Source of the DNA: Guillardia theta CCMP2712
Taxonomy: Eukaryota > Protista > Cryptophyta
Direction: 5' to 3'
NCBI RefSeq assembly: GCF_000315625.1
Contig: NW_005434647.1
Coordinates: forward strand, 294,936-358,935
Length of the DNA stretch: 64,000 nucleotides
A program made the position numbers and the translations under genes. Below, piece by piece: positions 23,668 to 35,885 of the stretch. The notes below the pieces were generated by a model. That model saw only the letters and a list, made by a program, of their open reading frames with translations. It did not search any database and had not been told where the DNA came from. Positions within the stretch are counted from its first letter, which is position 1. The number at the start of each line of letters is the position of its first letter.

Positions 23668-26332
23668 ATGGAACACGAGGAACAGAGGAACAACATCTGC
23701 ATGCCATGGCTCCTCACTGATAGGCCATAGATCATGGAAGAGCTCGGGGGAGTTACCGCACCCACTATGGCAACTTGAGACCTCACTGACCCCGGTGGCT
23801 GCAGATGTGCTCTTCCGCACTGGCTCCTTGGGCTCAGGCCGGAGGATCAGAGGAGGAGATGTGCTGAAGGTGATGCGAGCAGCGAGTGTGGGAGCTTTCA
23901 CAGGATCCAGCTAGACTTTACAAGCACAAGCAGAGGGCAGGTGGAGATGGAGAACCTGACGGACATCCACAAGGTGAGAGAGGCCTTGGAGCCTTCCTCT
24001 TCCCTCATGCCGGCACTCCAGGATGAGCTTCGTCGCATGCTGGAGAAGTTCCAGAAGCAGAAGGTCGAGATCTCGTCGATCTCCTCCTCCTCAGTCATCC
24101 CGAGGGCTAGGCAGGAGAGATACAAGCCGGAAGGAAGGAGGAAGTGGGGCGACAGCGACGAGGAAGGTTGGCTGCTGCAGGTTGTCATATGATGTAGGCT
24201 GATGCCACGGGCAGGACTTGGCGACATGGGCGGCAGCAGCAAGTACGGGCTGTCAGAGGACAAGGACTTGAAAGCTTTCGACGAAGACTTCAAGAAACTG
24301 AGGCTGGAGCGGGAGGAGCTGGTGGAGGAGACCAACGGGCTGAGGGCAGACATGCGATCCTTGATCGGGGACGAGCGGAAGGGGGAGAGGAGGCACAAGC
24401 CGCAGGACGTGAGCTTCCTGCAGTACACGACTGCATCGTCTCCCGCGAGGGGAGGGGAGGACGAGTCGCTGGTGGATGACTCGCGCTCTCGACAGACGAG
24501 GGGCACTCTTGCACAGGATGTGTCCAGCTGGTCTGCAGGAAGAGATGAGGTGGACAAGAGGAGGGAGGTTGTCCTTGTCGCCAACAGAGGGTGGAAGGGG
24601 GAGGAGCACGGGAGGGAGCAGGCAGACGCAGTGCCGTCTGAGCGGCAGTCTTCACGTGCGAAACCTTCGAGGAGGGCTGCAACGCCCGATGAGGAGCAGG
24701 AGGAGGGAGAGACGTCGAGGTCTGACCTCGAGTCGAAGTTCCGAGTGCTGTGCAGGAAGCAAGCATCTCTGCAGGAGCAGGCGATCACTGTTGAAGCTCG
24801 TGAGAAGTCGCTGAAGACGAGGGAGGAGAAGTACGCCAAGTTGCTGGAAGAGTTTGGCGAGCAGAGGACGAGGTGGAGAGGATCGAACTCTAATCGCATG
24901 CTGGTGATCCTTCTGCAGGCTCAAGTCGACCCAGGAAGCTGTCTTCGCCCGCGCTGCCAAGCTCGAGGCAGAGGAGGAAAGGCTGAAGCGAAAGGAGCAG
25001 GTGGGTCAGGGTGTGACGGTCGAAGGAGCTGATTACTGCTTGAAGGAGATGAACGAGAGGATGAAGAGGATGAGAGACGCTGAGGAGGAGGAGGAGAAGG
25101 TAGAGGAACGTTGCTCGGAAACCACCGCTTCTCATTCCCATGGCAGAGGAAGGCCGAAGCGCGGGCCGAGCAGGAGAGGATGAAGATGAGAGTGGAAGAG
25201 ATGGATAAGAGGGAGAGGTACCCCTTTCTATCACCTACACCTGCTCTCCCTCCCTCCCTCCCTCCCTCCCTCGTTCTCCTCCTTTCCCCCTTGAAGAGTT
25301 GACTTGCAAACACAGAAACCTTCAGGCGCTTCAAGCGCAAGTTGATGAAAGGGTGAAGAGCAGCGAAGAGATGAGGAGGAAGGAGGCGATCCGCGTGGAG
25401 GAGAGCAAGCAGGAGGTAAATGGAGTGAAGGACGTGTTGTAGCTTTCAAAGGGTGTGGTAAGGAAAGGAAGAGGGAGGAGATGGGAAAGGGGGGGGGGTG
25501 AATGAAGGAAGTTAATGGGAGGAATGGACATAAGGAAGAGGCTCACTGTTTCTCAAGATCAAGAAGCTGGCGGATCGCCTGCAAGAACTTCTCGCGTCGA
25601 ATACAGAGGGTGAGGGGACGGAGGAGGAGAGGAGAGGAGAGGAGAGCAGCTCTGTCCTTCTGTGCATGGAGTTGGGATGATTCCGGGCGGCAGTTGAAAA
25701 TCTGCTCAAGGACGAAAGGAAGGGCCTCGAGGAAGAGAGAAACAAACTTGCAGCTAAGGAGCAACAAGTGAAGAGGATGGGGAAAGAGCTGCAGTCGAAG
25801 TTGGAGGAGGAGGACGTTGTCAAGGTCTGTTTGCCCAGACATGAGGAAAGTGGTGACAAGGAGACGGCAGGAGGAGCTGAAGGAGCTGACGAAGCGCGTG
25901 AGGGAGCTGGAGGAGACGCTCGGTGCGTGGACTCATCCCATGCAGGGCCCAGCTGAGCTTGTTCGCGGCAGTGCTGAAGGACGGGGAGCTGAACGAGGTT
26001 CAAGAGCAGCTGCATGAAACAATGCTGCTCGTGGAAGAAGAGCGAGCGAGGAGAGCAGATGTGGAGCTCCAGCTGAAGAGGAGGCAGGAGGAAGTAGAGG
26101 AGCTTCAGCAGGTGACGTCCCGTCCTCCCTGCCCTCCCTCAGATGTTGCGGCAGAGGAGGAAGGAGGATGAGCTGGAGCTGGACAAGAGCCAGACGCTGG
26201 TGAAGACGTTGAAGCGACAGGTGAGAGTTGCTGATGTCGTCGTCGTTGTCGTCGTCATCATCATCTCCATAATCGTCTCTATCATCATCAACGCCATCAT
26301 CATCATCATCATCGTCGTCGTCGTCGTCGTCG

Positions 26333-26370
<38 letters not shown>

Positions 26371-29099
26371 GGAGTTAGCATCACCTCCACCTTCTTTGCC
26401 TCTCCTTGCTCTGTCCTTGTCTCTCTCCTACTGATTTTCCTTGCAGGTCGGCAGCCTGGAGCAGGAAAGGGCGAGGCAGGAGGACTCAGAAGAAGAGAGG
26501 AAGAAGCTGCAGACCTGGATCGCTCAAGTCCGCGAGCGGGAGGAGAAGCTGACAAGAGTGGCCAAAGAGATGGAAGAAGCGTCTGAGAAGCAGGAGGCGG
26601 AGCTTGAGGAGAGGAGCAAGACGCTGCGGGGCAAGTTGATCCAGCTCGAGGAAGGTCATGACATGTTCTTCATCTCGGGCTCCTCCGTCTCTCCCCGCTG
26701 TCCTCCTTCTCCTTCTCCTTCTCCTTCTCCTTCTCCTTCTCCTTCTCCTTCTCCTTCTCCTTCTCCTTCTCCTTCTCCTTCCTCTCCCTCGTTTCCTCCA
26801 CTCAATCTCCATCTCCATCTCCATCTCTCCTCTTTTCCTCTCGGTTTTCCCTCGCCCTTCCTTCTCTCTCCTCGCAGCTGACCAGAGTGCAGAGGAGAAA
26901 TCTCTTGCCCGGAGGAGGGCGAAGCTGCAGGAGGAGGAGGAGGACCGACGACGAGGTTTGACACTTGCGGCGGGGAGGGCGCTGATTGACGCCTGGATGG
27001 GGCAGAATACAAAGGGAAGGAGCAGGAGCTACGTGAGCGGGAAAGGGAGCTGAGTAGGAGGGAGGAGCAAGTGAAGCAGCAGCAGCTGAAGGTGGATGCG
27101 AGGGAGGAGCAGGTGCTGGAGCAGCAGGCGTCGCTGGAGCAGCAGGCAGAGAGGGTGCGCAAGGAAGCAGACTGGAGCAGCCAGCAGATGCAGACGCGCA
27201 TTTCCAAGGATGCAGAGGACCTGATGAGACAGCAGGAGGCCCTTGCAGCTCTTAGAAGCGAGCTGGAAAGAAGGGAGAAGAACCTGCAGGAGCGGGAGAC
27301 CAGCCTGGCAAAGTGGGAAGGAGAGGTATTCCTCCTGCTCCTTGTGTTCCTGCCTGTCTCTTCCACGACCGCCTCTTCCTCCTCCTACGAATTCCTTCTC
27401 CACTACCTACATCCTCCTACATCGTCACCCTTCAGCTACACCCTATCTTCGCTTCCACTGCTCTCCTTATCAAGAGTACATCTCGTCCTCCATGCGTCTC
27501 CCTTCCTCCTCCCCCTGCTCGCCTCACCCTTCCCCCAGATCAAACAGTCGGCCATGGAGGCTGAGCGGATCATAGAGGCGGCGGATGCTCGTCGGGCGGG
27601 AGTGCAAGAGTCGCTCTTCACCCTCTCCCGCGCGCAAGCGGAGCGGCAGACGCACATGACGGGGCTGGAGAGGAAGGAGGAGACGCTGAGAGAGCAGCTC
27701 GGGCTCATCGACACGAAGATGGCGCAGCTGCAGGAGAGGGAGAGGAACCTGAGTAGGGAGAGCTCTCGCCTGCAGGAGGAGAGGAGGAAGTTCCATCAGG
27801 AGCAGGAGGACGCGGAGCGGGCAGCCCGGGAGGAGGCGCATGTGTTCGAGCACACCAGCAGCGAGATCCGCAAGAAGCTGGAGGAGCTCGCGTCCCAGGC
27901 GTCAGACCTGCAGGCTACTCGTGCCGAGCTTGAGGCTCGAGAAAAGGAAGTGAGCGCTGTCGAGGCCAGGCTGGAGGTACTACTCCTGCTCCAAGATCAA
28001 GTCCCCGTCCGCTGCTGCTGCTTCCTCCTCCCCTCCCCTCCCCTCCCCTCCCTCCCTCCCTNNNNNNNNNNNNNNNNNNNNNNNNNNNNNNNNNNNNNNN
28101 NNNNNNNNNNNNNNNNNNNNNNNNNNNNNNNNNNNNNNNNNNNNNNNNNNNNNNNNNNNNNGGTTGCAGATGTAGTCCTTGACAACTTGAGTGAGGAGCA
28201 GAACATCACAAAGCTTGAGAGGATCAAACTCTGCGAAGATCTCCTCAACTACAGAGAAGACAAGAACGACGACAGGATCACCTTCCCTGCCTTCTGCTCC
28301 TGGTACTCCAGCATCGAAGAGAAGCTGCTCCCTCCCTCCCTCCCTCCCTCCCTCCCTCCCTCCCTCCCTCCCTCCCTCCCTCCCTCCCTCCCTCCCTCCC
28401 TCCCGCTTTCCGTCTCTCCCTCTCCTTTCCCATCTCACATTTCACGCCCCACCTCTCCTCTTTCTCTTCGCTCTCCCTGCTTCGAAAGCTTCTCTCTTAA
28501 TGCCCCTCCATCCCCTGCCCCTTTCTCTGGACCGTCCTGCTCCCTCAGTCCTGTCGTGCTCGCTCCGCCCCCTTCTCCTCCTTCTCCCTCACCTTCCATG
28601 CAGTCTAAGGCCAGGAAGCTGCACCATCTCGAATCCTCGCACGGAGCCACCAGGATGTACAGCACGGGCATGAGCCAGTCCCTCTCCGCCTCCGACCTCC
28701 TCCGCCCATCCGCTTCTGACCATCTTGCCTACCCCATGGATCCCATCGAACATCTTGCCATGATCGAGCGGAGAGCAGAAGAGGTCAGGGCAGAGGAAGA
28801 GGGCAACGGAAGGAGGGAAGGAGGGGAGAGGGGTGGAAATAGAGGGACGAGGAGGGAGGAAGGAAGAGGAGGGGTGATGATGAGAAGAAGCAGGTCCGGC
28901 GCAAGGAGCAGGAGCTGGTGGAGAAGCGGAGAGCTCTCGAGCGAGATGTAGAGATGCACAACAGGTGAAGAGGAGGAGGAGGAGGAGGAGGAGGAGGAGA
29001 ATTGGTCGGTGACGAGACGTGAGCAGTCGCTTCTCGTTGGTGGAGCGAAACCTGCAGAAGAAGATTCAGAAGCTGGAGAAACTTTCCAAGGATCGTTGA
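23668..29099 (+). CDS. Large multi-exon coiled-coil protein with an EF-hand-like segment
   Basis: E/Q/R-rich exons separated by SSR-rich introns; DKNDDRITFPAFCSW at about 28260; contains a gap. Confidence 0.6.
26236..26370. repeat. Intronic (ATC)/(GTC) trinucleotide repeat
   Basis: catcatcat/cgtcgtcgt tract. Confidence 0.9.
28062..28161. other. Assembly gap (100 N)
   Basis: Run of N. Confidence 1.
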
Positions 29100-29438
29100 T
29101 GACGAGGATGCGGAAGGGAGGGAAAGGAGATTGGGTCGGATACCTTGAGGGTGTGAAAGGATTATGAATAAGAATGTTAAACGCGTTGATCTTACAAGCG
29201 CTGTCGCGATAAGAATCTTCGCAGGGGCACCTGCGAGCGAGTCTAGTAGGAGGAAGCGAACAATGAGTTGAGGGAAGTTACGGTGGAAGAGGTGAAGGCG
29301 ATTGAGCAGGAGAAGGAGCAGGAGCCAGACAGGCCGGTCAGCATGAAGGATTGACCAACTTGAGTTGTATTGAGAGAGAAATAAGTGCTAAGATTGCTTA
29401 CGGGAGAGGGAGAGGAAAGGGCAACGCGAGAAATTCGC

Positions 29439-29782
29439 TCAGCAAAGGATGCCAAGGCAGTACCAGGCGCTGCTGTTGCTGCCCGCCGGAGTTCCCGAAA
29501 TTGCTGAGCCAGATGAGCCTGAAATGCGAAGTGTCAGCAGAAGTAGAAAGGAAAGAGGGAGGAGGAGGAGGAGGAGGAGGAGGAGGAGGAGGAAGCTCTG
29601 CAAGGGAGGTACCTGCAGGGCGAAGCTCTTCGATCTGGGAGATCATGGCGTTGGTGAGACGAGCCTTGGCTGCCTCGTTGGCTGCTCCAGCTGTGAAGTA
29701 CTTGCTCATGGAGTCGGCGACCTCCTGTGCGTACTGAGGCATCTGCAGGTCTGGCAGTTATGGCAAGGACGACGACGACCAA

Positions 29783-29840
<58 letters not shown>

Positions 29841-31445
29841 TAGCACGTGCCTGGTTCTTGAAGAGGTTCTCTCCCGCGGTAGCAGCAGAAGCACCTGCGC
29901 AAGGGCGTGAGGGCTCAGACTTTCCAGCTCGGCATGGGAGATACCAGGATCGACGACAGCATGGTTCTTCAACCAGTTGGCAGACCCAAGAACAGGAGGA
30001 ACCGCGAAGTTCTCGCAGAAGGTCCTGGAGGAAGGCAAAGTCACCCCTCCCCTGCTTCCCGTCAGCCCCAAGACTTACTGGTCGAGCTTCAGGCCGCAGT
30101 ATCCAGAGGCAAACCCAACGCAGGCTCCTCCGGCAAGGTGGTACTCGGCGATCTTGGCAGGGGAGCAAGACTCGTCATGCCTTGACGCGCATCAGTCAAT
30201 CCAAGAATCGGAGAGCGTCAAGAGCTCACAGGGCGACGAAGGAAGGATCGGTCTCAGCAGTAGTCTCGCAGCTCTCGCACATGCACTTGACCTGACCGGG
30301 CCTGATCAGATCGCAAGTTCATCAACGCTCGAGGTCAGACTGACCATCTTGGTGAGGGCGGAGCACTGAGCCTGAATGCTCTGCAGTTGGTCGGAGACCT
30401 ACAAGACGAGGAAGAGGTTCAGAATCCAATGGAGCCAGGCAAGTTGTACGGCAACGGCTCCTTACCCCCTCTGCGCTCAGTCTGTCCTCGTTGTACGTGC
30501 CAGTGCACTGTTGCGCAGCGAAGCATCCGGATGCTGCTGATCCATACATGGGCTGTGCCTGATATCCGTATCCCTGTGGCGCATAGCCCTGAGGAGGGTA
30601 TCCCTGGGGCATGTATCCTCCTAGATACACTGTGTCAGAACTGGCGCTGCAGTCAGACAGCATGGACAAGAAGTACCCTGCCCCACAAGTTGTCAGTCAA
30701 GTGCCTTCACATGTCTCGTTCAAGCCTCACCATTGGAGCTGCTCCAGCTTGAGGATAACCTGCCGCAGCGACGGGTTGGGGAGCAGCGACAGGCGCCGCT
30801 GCTGCCGGTGCCTCGGCGACGGGTGCGGCCGCTTCGGGTGCGGCCGCTGCGTCAGCTGCCGGTGCAGCAGCAGCATCAGCAGCCGGTGCTGCAGCAGCAT
30901 CAGCAGCAGGCGCGGCTGCCGCGTCAGCTGCAGGTGCAGCATCCTGCAGTTTTTGACCTAGCGCCATTGATCAAACAACTTCTGCTTCGCGTCGAAGGAG
31001 AATCAGCAACACACCTGGATACGTCCTGAAGTTCTGTGGCCACTGAACGGCTGCTGCTCTGGGAACTGCTACCTTTGATGCTGTGTTGAACTGAGGAGGA
31101 CGGAAAACTTGAGCGTTTGGATTCCATGGCATCGCTACAGGCACGCTAGTCTGAAGCAGCGAGTCTGATGAAAGCCTCCTGCCCTGGAAGCCAAACGAGT
31201 AAGTATTTAGTTTCGAGGTTTGCAACCGCTTGACTGTGAAATGCAGAGAGTTGTTTGTTCCCATTGGTTCCGAAGGTCATGAACACTTCGAGAGAAGGGA
31301 GAGAGATTGGAAGGAGAGGTGAGATGGGTGACAGTGAGCAGAGCAGTGAATGACGAGCTTCAATTCTCACCTTGACGCTTCTCTGCACGAGCATGACAGC
31401 AAGAGTCACGCATGCGAACACAAGCAGTGCCCGCAATGCCGCCAT
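29439..31445 (-). CDS. Secreted/anchored protein with APAADAAA repeats, PQGY repeats and a Cys-rich C-terminal region
   Basis: N-terminus MAALRALLVFACVTLAVMLVQ; spliced exons reach GSNSSAWYCLGILC*. Confidence 0.6.
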
Positions 31446-31719
31446 CGCCACCGGATCTATTTTGGGGAGCAGCTTGACAGACTATATTATCCGAGCGGAG
31501 GGTGGGGTAGTCTGTTTAAAATTTGAAAAATTCTGATGTAAAATTGAAATTCTGTCTGGGGTTTGTACCAACACTGAGGAGAGTCAAGGTCAAAGTGCTC
31601 AATACGGTAGAGGGGAAGGGGTAGGTGGTAGATAGATGGAGTTTGTACCGTACGGGTACGATTCCCCAATATGAGTCGAGGAAAGGAAGGGTGGGTCAGT
31701 GGCGTTTTCCGGGCCTCAC

Positions 31720-32430
31720 TAAGTTAGAGTGCCCGATGAGTGCCACTGCCGCCGGCCCGTGAATCATTCAAGCGGCGGCCGCGCCGCACCGCCGCTGGCT
31801 CAGCCACCGGGCACTCAGGCCGCCGCATGCAACCCCACGGCTCGGTCACAGTGGGGGGTGTCGGGCGCCGCCGGCTGCGTCGTGACTCCGACGCCGGCCG
31901 CCGAGTCGCGGTGGTCCCCCCGGGGCCCGGGCCGGGGAAGCCCCGGCGGCCCCCTGGCGGCGGCGGGGACTCGGGAGCCTCCGTGCCTCGGAGCCTCCTC
32001 GGAGGCTGCGGGGGCCGCTGAGTGCCGCAGTGCCGCGGGCGCCCGGCGCCCGGGATCTGCCAGTAGACGAAGAACCCGTCTGATCTTGACTCACGCCGGT
32101 GGCCGGGCGGCCGCCGCCCCCGCCCGGCCTCAGAGTCACGCTGGACTCGGTTGAAGTCCCGCAGTGCGGCCTCGCCGCCCGCGTCCGATCAGTGAGTACT
32201 CAATCCGCCGCCTCGCGCCCCGCGTCGGCGAGCCTCAGTAGGCGAGCCGGCGGATTGAGCCTCCAAACACGGTTGAACCTTCGGACCCGGCGGCGGCGGC
32301 CGCCCGGGCCGGCAGTGCGGTCCGAGCCGCGCCACCGGCGGTGACGGTCACCCGGGCCGGTGACCGGCCGGGCGGGCCGCGCGGCGCCCGGCCGGGCCGC
32401 GAGTCCCGGAGTCCGGGCCCGACTGCAGGC
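31720..32430. promoter_or_regulatory. GC-rich intergenic island 3, immediately upstream of the SET gene
   Basis: Same motif vocabulary as islands 1 and 2; GGGTA zone at 31500-31710. Confidence 0.5.
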
Positions 32431-32434
32431 TGAA

Positions 32435-35400
32435 ATGAGCGGCCGGGGCAGGCCAGTGGTGCCCCTCGACAAAAGGCGGTACATGGTCGATATGGCGCCA
32501 TGCTCGAGGTGGGAGGGGCGAGTGAAGGGAGACGCGGAGGAGGAGAGCCAGCAGGGACAGAAGGGCATGGCAGACAACGAGGGCTGGGAGGAGCCGGAAG
32601 ACTCAGGGGAAGGTCCTAGCAACCGCCCGCCCCTGAAGAGGAGGAGGTGGATCCCCGACGATGGCGATTTGAGGATAGAAGGTAGTTGCCTTGTGACATC
32701 ACTCACTCTCCCCGCTCCCATTATCTCGTGCATGTCTTGTATGTCTTGTATGTCTTGTATGTCTTGTATGTCTTGTATGTCTTGTATGTCTTGTATGTCT
32801 CTTATGTCTCTTATGTCTCTTATGTCTCTTATGTCTTGTATGTCTCTTATGTCTCTTATGTCTTGTATGTCTCTTATGTCTTGTATATCTTGTATGTCTT
32901 GTATGTCTTGTATGTCTTGTATGTCTTGTATGTCTCTTATGTCTTGTATGTCTCTTATGTCTCTGATCTTTTCTCATCACTGATCCCGCCAGAAGTTGTG
33001 TGTAATTCCTGTTGCACCACCGCCCGCCTTGCCCCTGAAGCCCTGATACTGATGGTGTTGGTTTTGAAGCTTCTCAGAGCGAAGGCCTCACCGACGAAGA
33101 GCTTGCTCGCATGCTGCAACAGCAGGAGGACGAGGCGGCAGAGCTTCAAAGGATCCAGCAGAGGCGGGATGAGGAGATCGCCCGGAGAGAGCAGGAGATG
33201 TTCAACAACGAAGCAGGATGGACAGCCACGCCGAAACTGAAGAGAAAAACTCCTCAGCTGCTCGATGAGCTTCAATCTGCATGCCAGACGGCCGGTGAGA
33301 ATGGGGACACACAAGAAGATGGGCCTTTGAAGGACGACGAAGAGTACGCCAAGATAGTACAGGAGCGTTGCAACATGGAGGCCAGACTCCAGGAGGAGAA
33401 AAGGCTGCGGAAACTCCACGAGGCTACGGGATGGCTGGGAGATCTGAGCGATCGCAAGCTACGGGAACGTCCTCAGAGAGTCGAACCCCCCAAGGAAGAG
33501 AGGAAAGCGCATCCATCGGGTGGGAAGGGGGCGAGCACAAATCGTGCGGATCCTGCGAAGAAGGATGGCAAGAAGGCTAAGAAGGACGAAGAGATGTGCA
33601 TGGATGGACCGGCGAGCAAGACTGTGATGAATGGGAAGCTGAAGAAGAATGCAAAGAAGAAGTTTCCAAGAGCTTGTGACTCACCCAAGGCTGATAGCAG
33701 CACGCAAGAATCATCGCCTGGTGGAACTGACGAGAACCTCCTTGGTCGGGTGGTATTTTTCCGGGGGAAATATGGCAGAATAATCCAGAGAATGAATCCT
33801 TCGAAGCTCCTGCAGGAGATGGAGAATGGCCTTGAGATGGAATGTAACAGTAGCGAGGGGGAGGTTGGCCCTGCCTACACCGTTTGCTTTGAAGATTCTA
33901 CTCAAATCACGCTTTCAGGAATCTCACCTCAGCCCCGCCTTGCTGCTTCCTTTGACGCTTCTTTGCAGGGTCCAATCTGAAACCTTTGCACATGGACAAG
34001 AACGGACAGGTCTGTCTCCTCCCTGCCAGTTTGAACGCGCAATGACTCGTGCGTCAAGATTGAAGGCTGTGTGCTGCCAATCATCGGGTTACTGTCCGGG
34101 CTCGCGCCGGGCGTTCTTGGGTCTTTACCTGAGTACAAACGAAGATATCCTGCATGGCAGGTGACCCAGCCTGCTATGAGTTTTCGTGTTGTCGTTGCCA
34201 AGTGGTGTACTACCTTCATGGATGTATGATCTCACTACCTGCGTGGATGTATCATTCGACTTGATACACCCTGGTTGCCTCGATTGACTGACTTGTTTCC
34301 TCTTGTGGTTTTGCTTCTCAGTGGGAGGACAACGTGTACTGCGATCGGAGTCCTGGGGAGTTGCAGTTTGAATACTACAAGTTTGGAGCGCTGTCGTTGC
34401 AGTGTGCAGAGTCGGCCAAAGTGAGCAGCACGTGCAACCTCCTTGAGTCCCTCACCTGCACGTGACCTCAGGAACGTCAAGCGTTGGCCTCCAGAATCGC
34501 AGCAGCCAGAGTTGAATTCTTGTCTTTAGATTCGCCATACAAAGAGCAGCTGGCGAATGGCTCGCAGTACAAGGTCGATGTACCGATGAGGATGATTGGA
34601 TCTGCTGACGCGGAGTTTGCAGGTAGAAGTTTTCGACACTAAGACCGAGAGGGGATGGGGCGTGCGAGCTCTGGAGGACATTCCAGGTCTGTCCTTGGAA
34701 GCCTTGCTCTCCCTTATCCCTCTTTCTAGAGGGAAGAGCCGTGCTAGAGTATGCTGGGGAGCTGTGCAGGAAGGATAGGTGCAGGAGGGTGTGCGAGGAC
34801 GGTCTGTTCCACGTGGGCAAGGAAGAGAGCCTCTCTCTCCCGTCAAAGGACGATTCGCACGAAGTAGCCGAGAAGAGCGACGGGTCCTGGGAGTCATGCG
34901 AGGAGTCTGACTCTCCGCCGAGACTGTCTCCGAAAGATTATTACTTCCAGCTACGGGGACACAGGTGATGGCTGGTCGGGAGGAGCTGCGGTGACGTTTG
35001 TTCTCGAGCAGATGGGATGTTGATGCCTTGAAGATCGGGAATGTGAGTGAGAGTTAAACACCTCCTCCCCTCCGCCTTCCCTCCCTTTCTCCCCTGCTCC
35101 CTTTGTCTCCTCTCTGTCTCTCTCTGTCGCTGTCTTTCTGTCTCTCTCGTCGCACTGCACTCTACCTTGTTGTGAGCCGCACCAACCGCACAGGTCGGTC
35201 GCTTCGTGAACCATGCTTGCGATGGGTTCAACCTCAAGTATGTCTGTCGACTTTCTTGCCCGCTCCCTCATCCTCCCCTAGGGCCGTTGACTTCCTGGCG
35301 AGCGCCAACGACATCAAGTCGGAGATGCCCAAGAGGGTGCGACTGACTCTCGTTGCGCTGCCAGCTGCTGATCCCCCCTGGTGTCTTGTCAGATCGCGCT

Positions 35401-35578
35401 AGTGTCGACCCGCACTATCTTCGCCTACGAAGAGTTGTCGTACAACTACAGGGGCGATGGTTGCAAGCCAAACGTGCGGACCCAGTGAGACAGAGGCCTC
35501 CAGTCCTTGCCAGGTGGTTGACGCCAGCGCAGGAAGTGCTTCTGCGGCTCTCCGTCGTGCCAGGGCTTCATCTGGTGA
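32435..35578 (+). CDS. SET-domain lysine methyltransferase with post-SET motif
   Basis: RGWGVRALEDIP, EYAGE, DALKIGNVGRFVNHAC, EELSYNY and post-SET KCFCGSPSCQGFIW*. Confidence 0.88.
32732..32965. repeat. 9-bp minisatellite (ATGTCTTGT / ATGTCTCTT), about 26 units, in SET intron 1
   Basis: Direct reading of tandem units. Confidence 0.95.
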
Positions 35579-35885
35579 CCTCTGGTTCATCTGGCGGACC
35601 TCTGGTCCGCCAGCCTCATCCCCCCCCCCCCTTTTTCCCTCCCTCCCTCCCTCCCTCCCTCCCTCCCTCCCTCCTCTTGTACATGGTTTATTCATTCTCG
35701 ATGAGTCACTCTGAAGTTGTAGAGCGATGAAAGCAATTAAAAGATTCTTGAATGAGCTGCGCGAGAAGAGAGAAGGAATGATATCGAGGACGAGGACTTT
35801 GAGACGAGACGTGGAAGGAGGGAGTGAAGAAGAGGGAGGGAGGGAGGGAGGGAGGGAGGGAGGGAGGGAGGGGGGTGCGCAAGGA

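Noticed and set aside
32732-32965. CRISPR or telomere interpretation of the 9-bp repeat
   Set aside because: No spacers, no cas genes, eukaryotic intron context, and not a G-rich telomere unit
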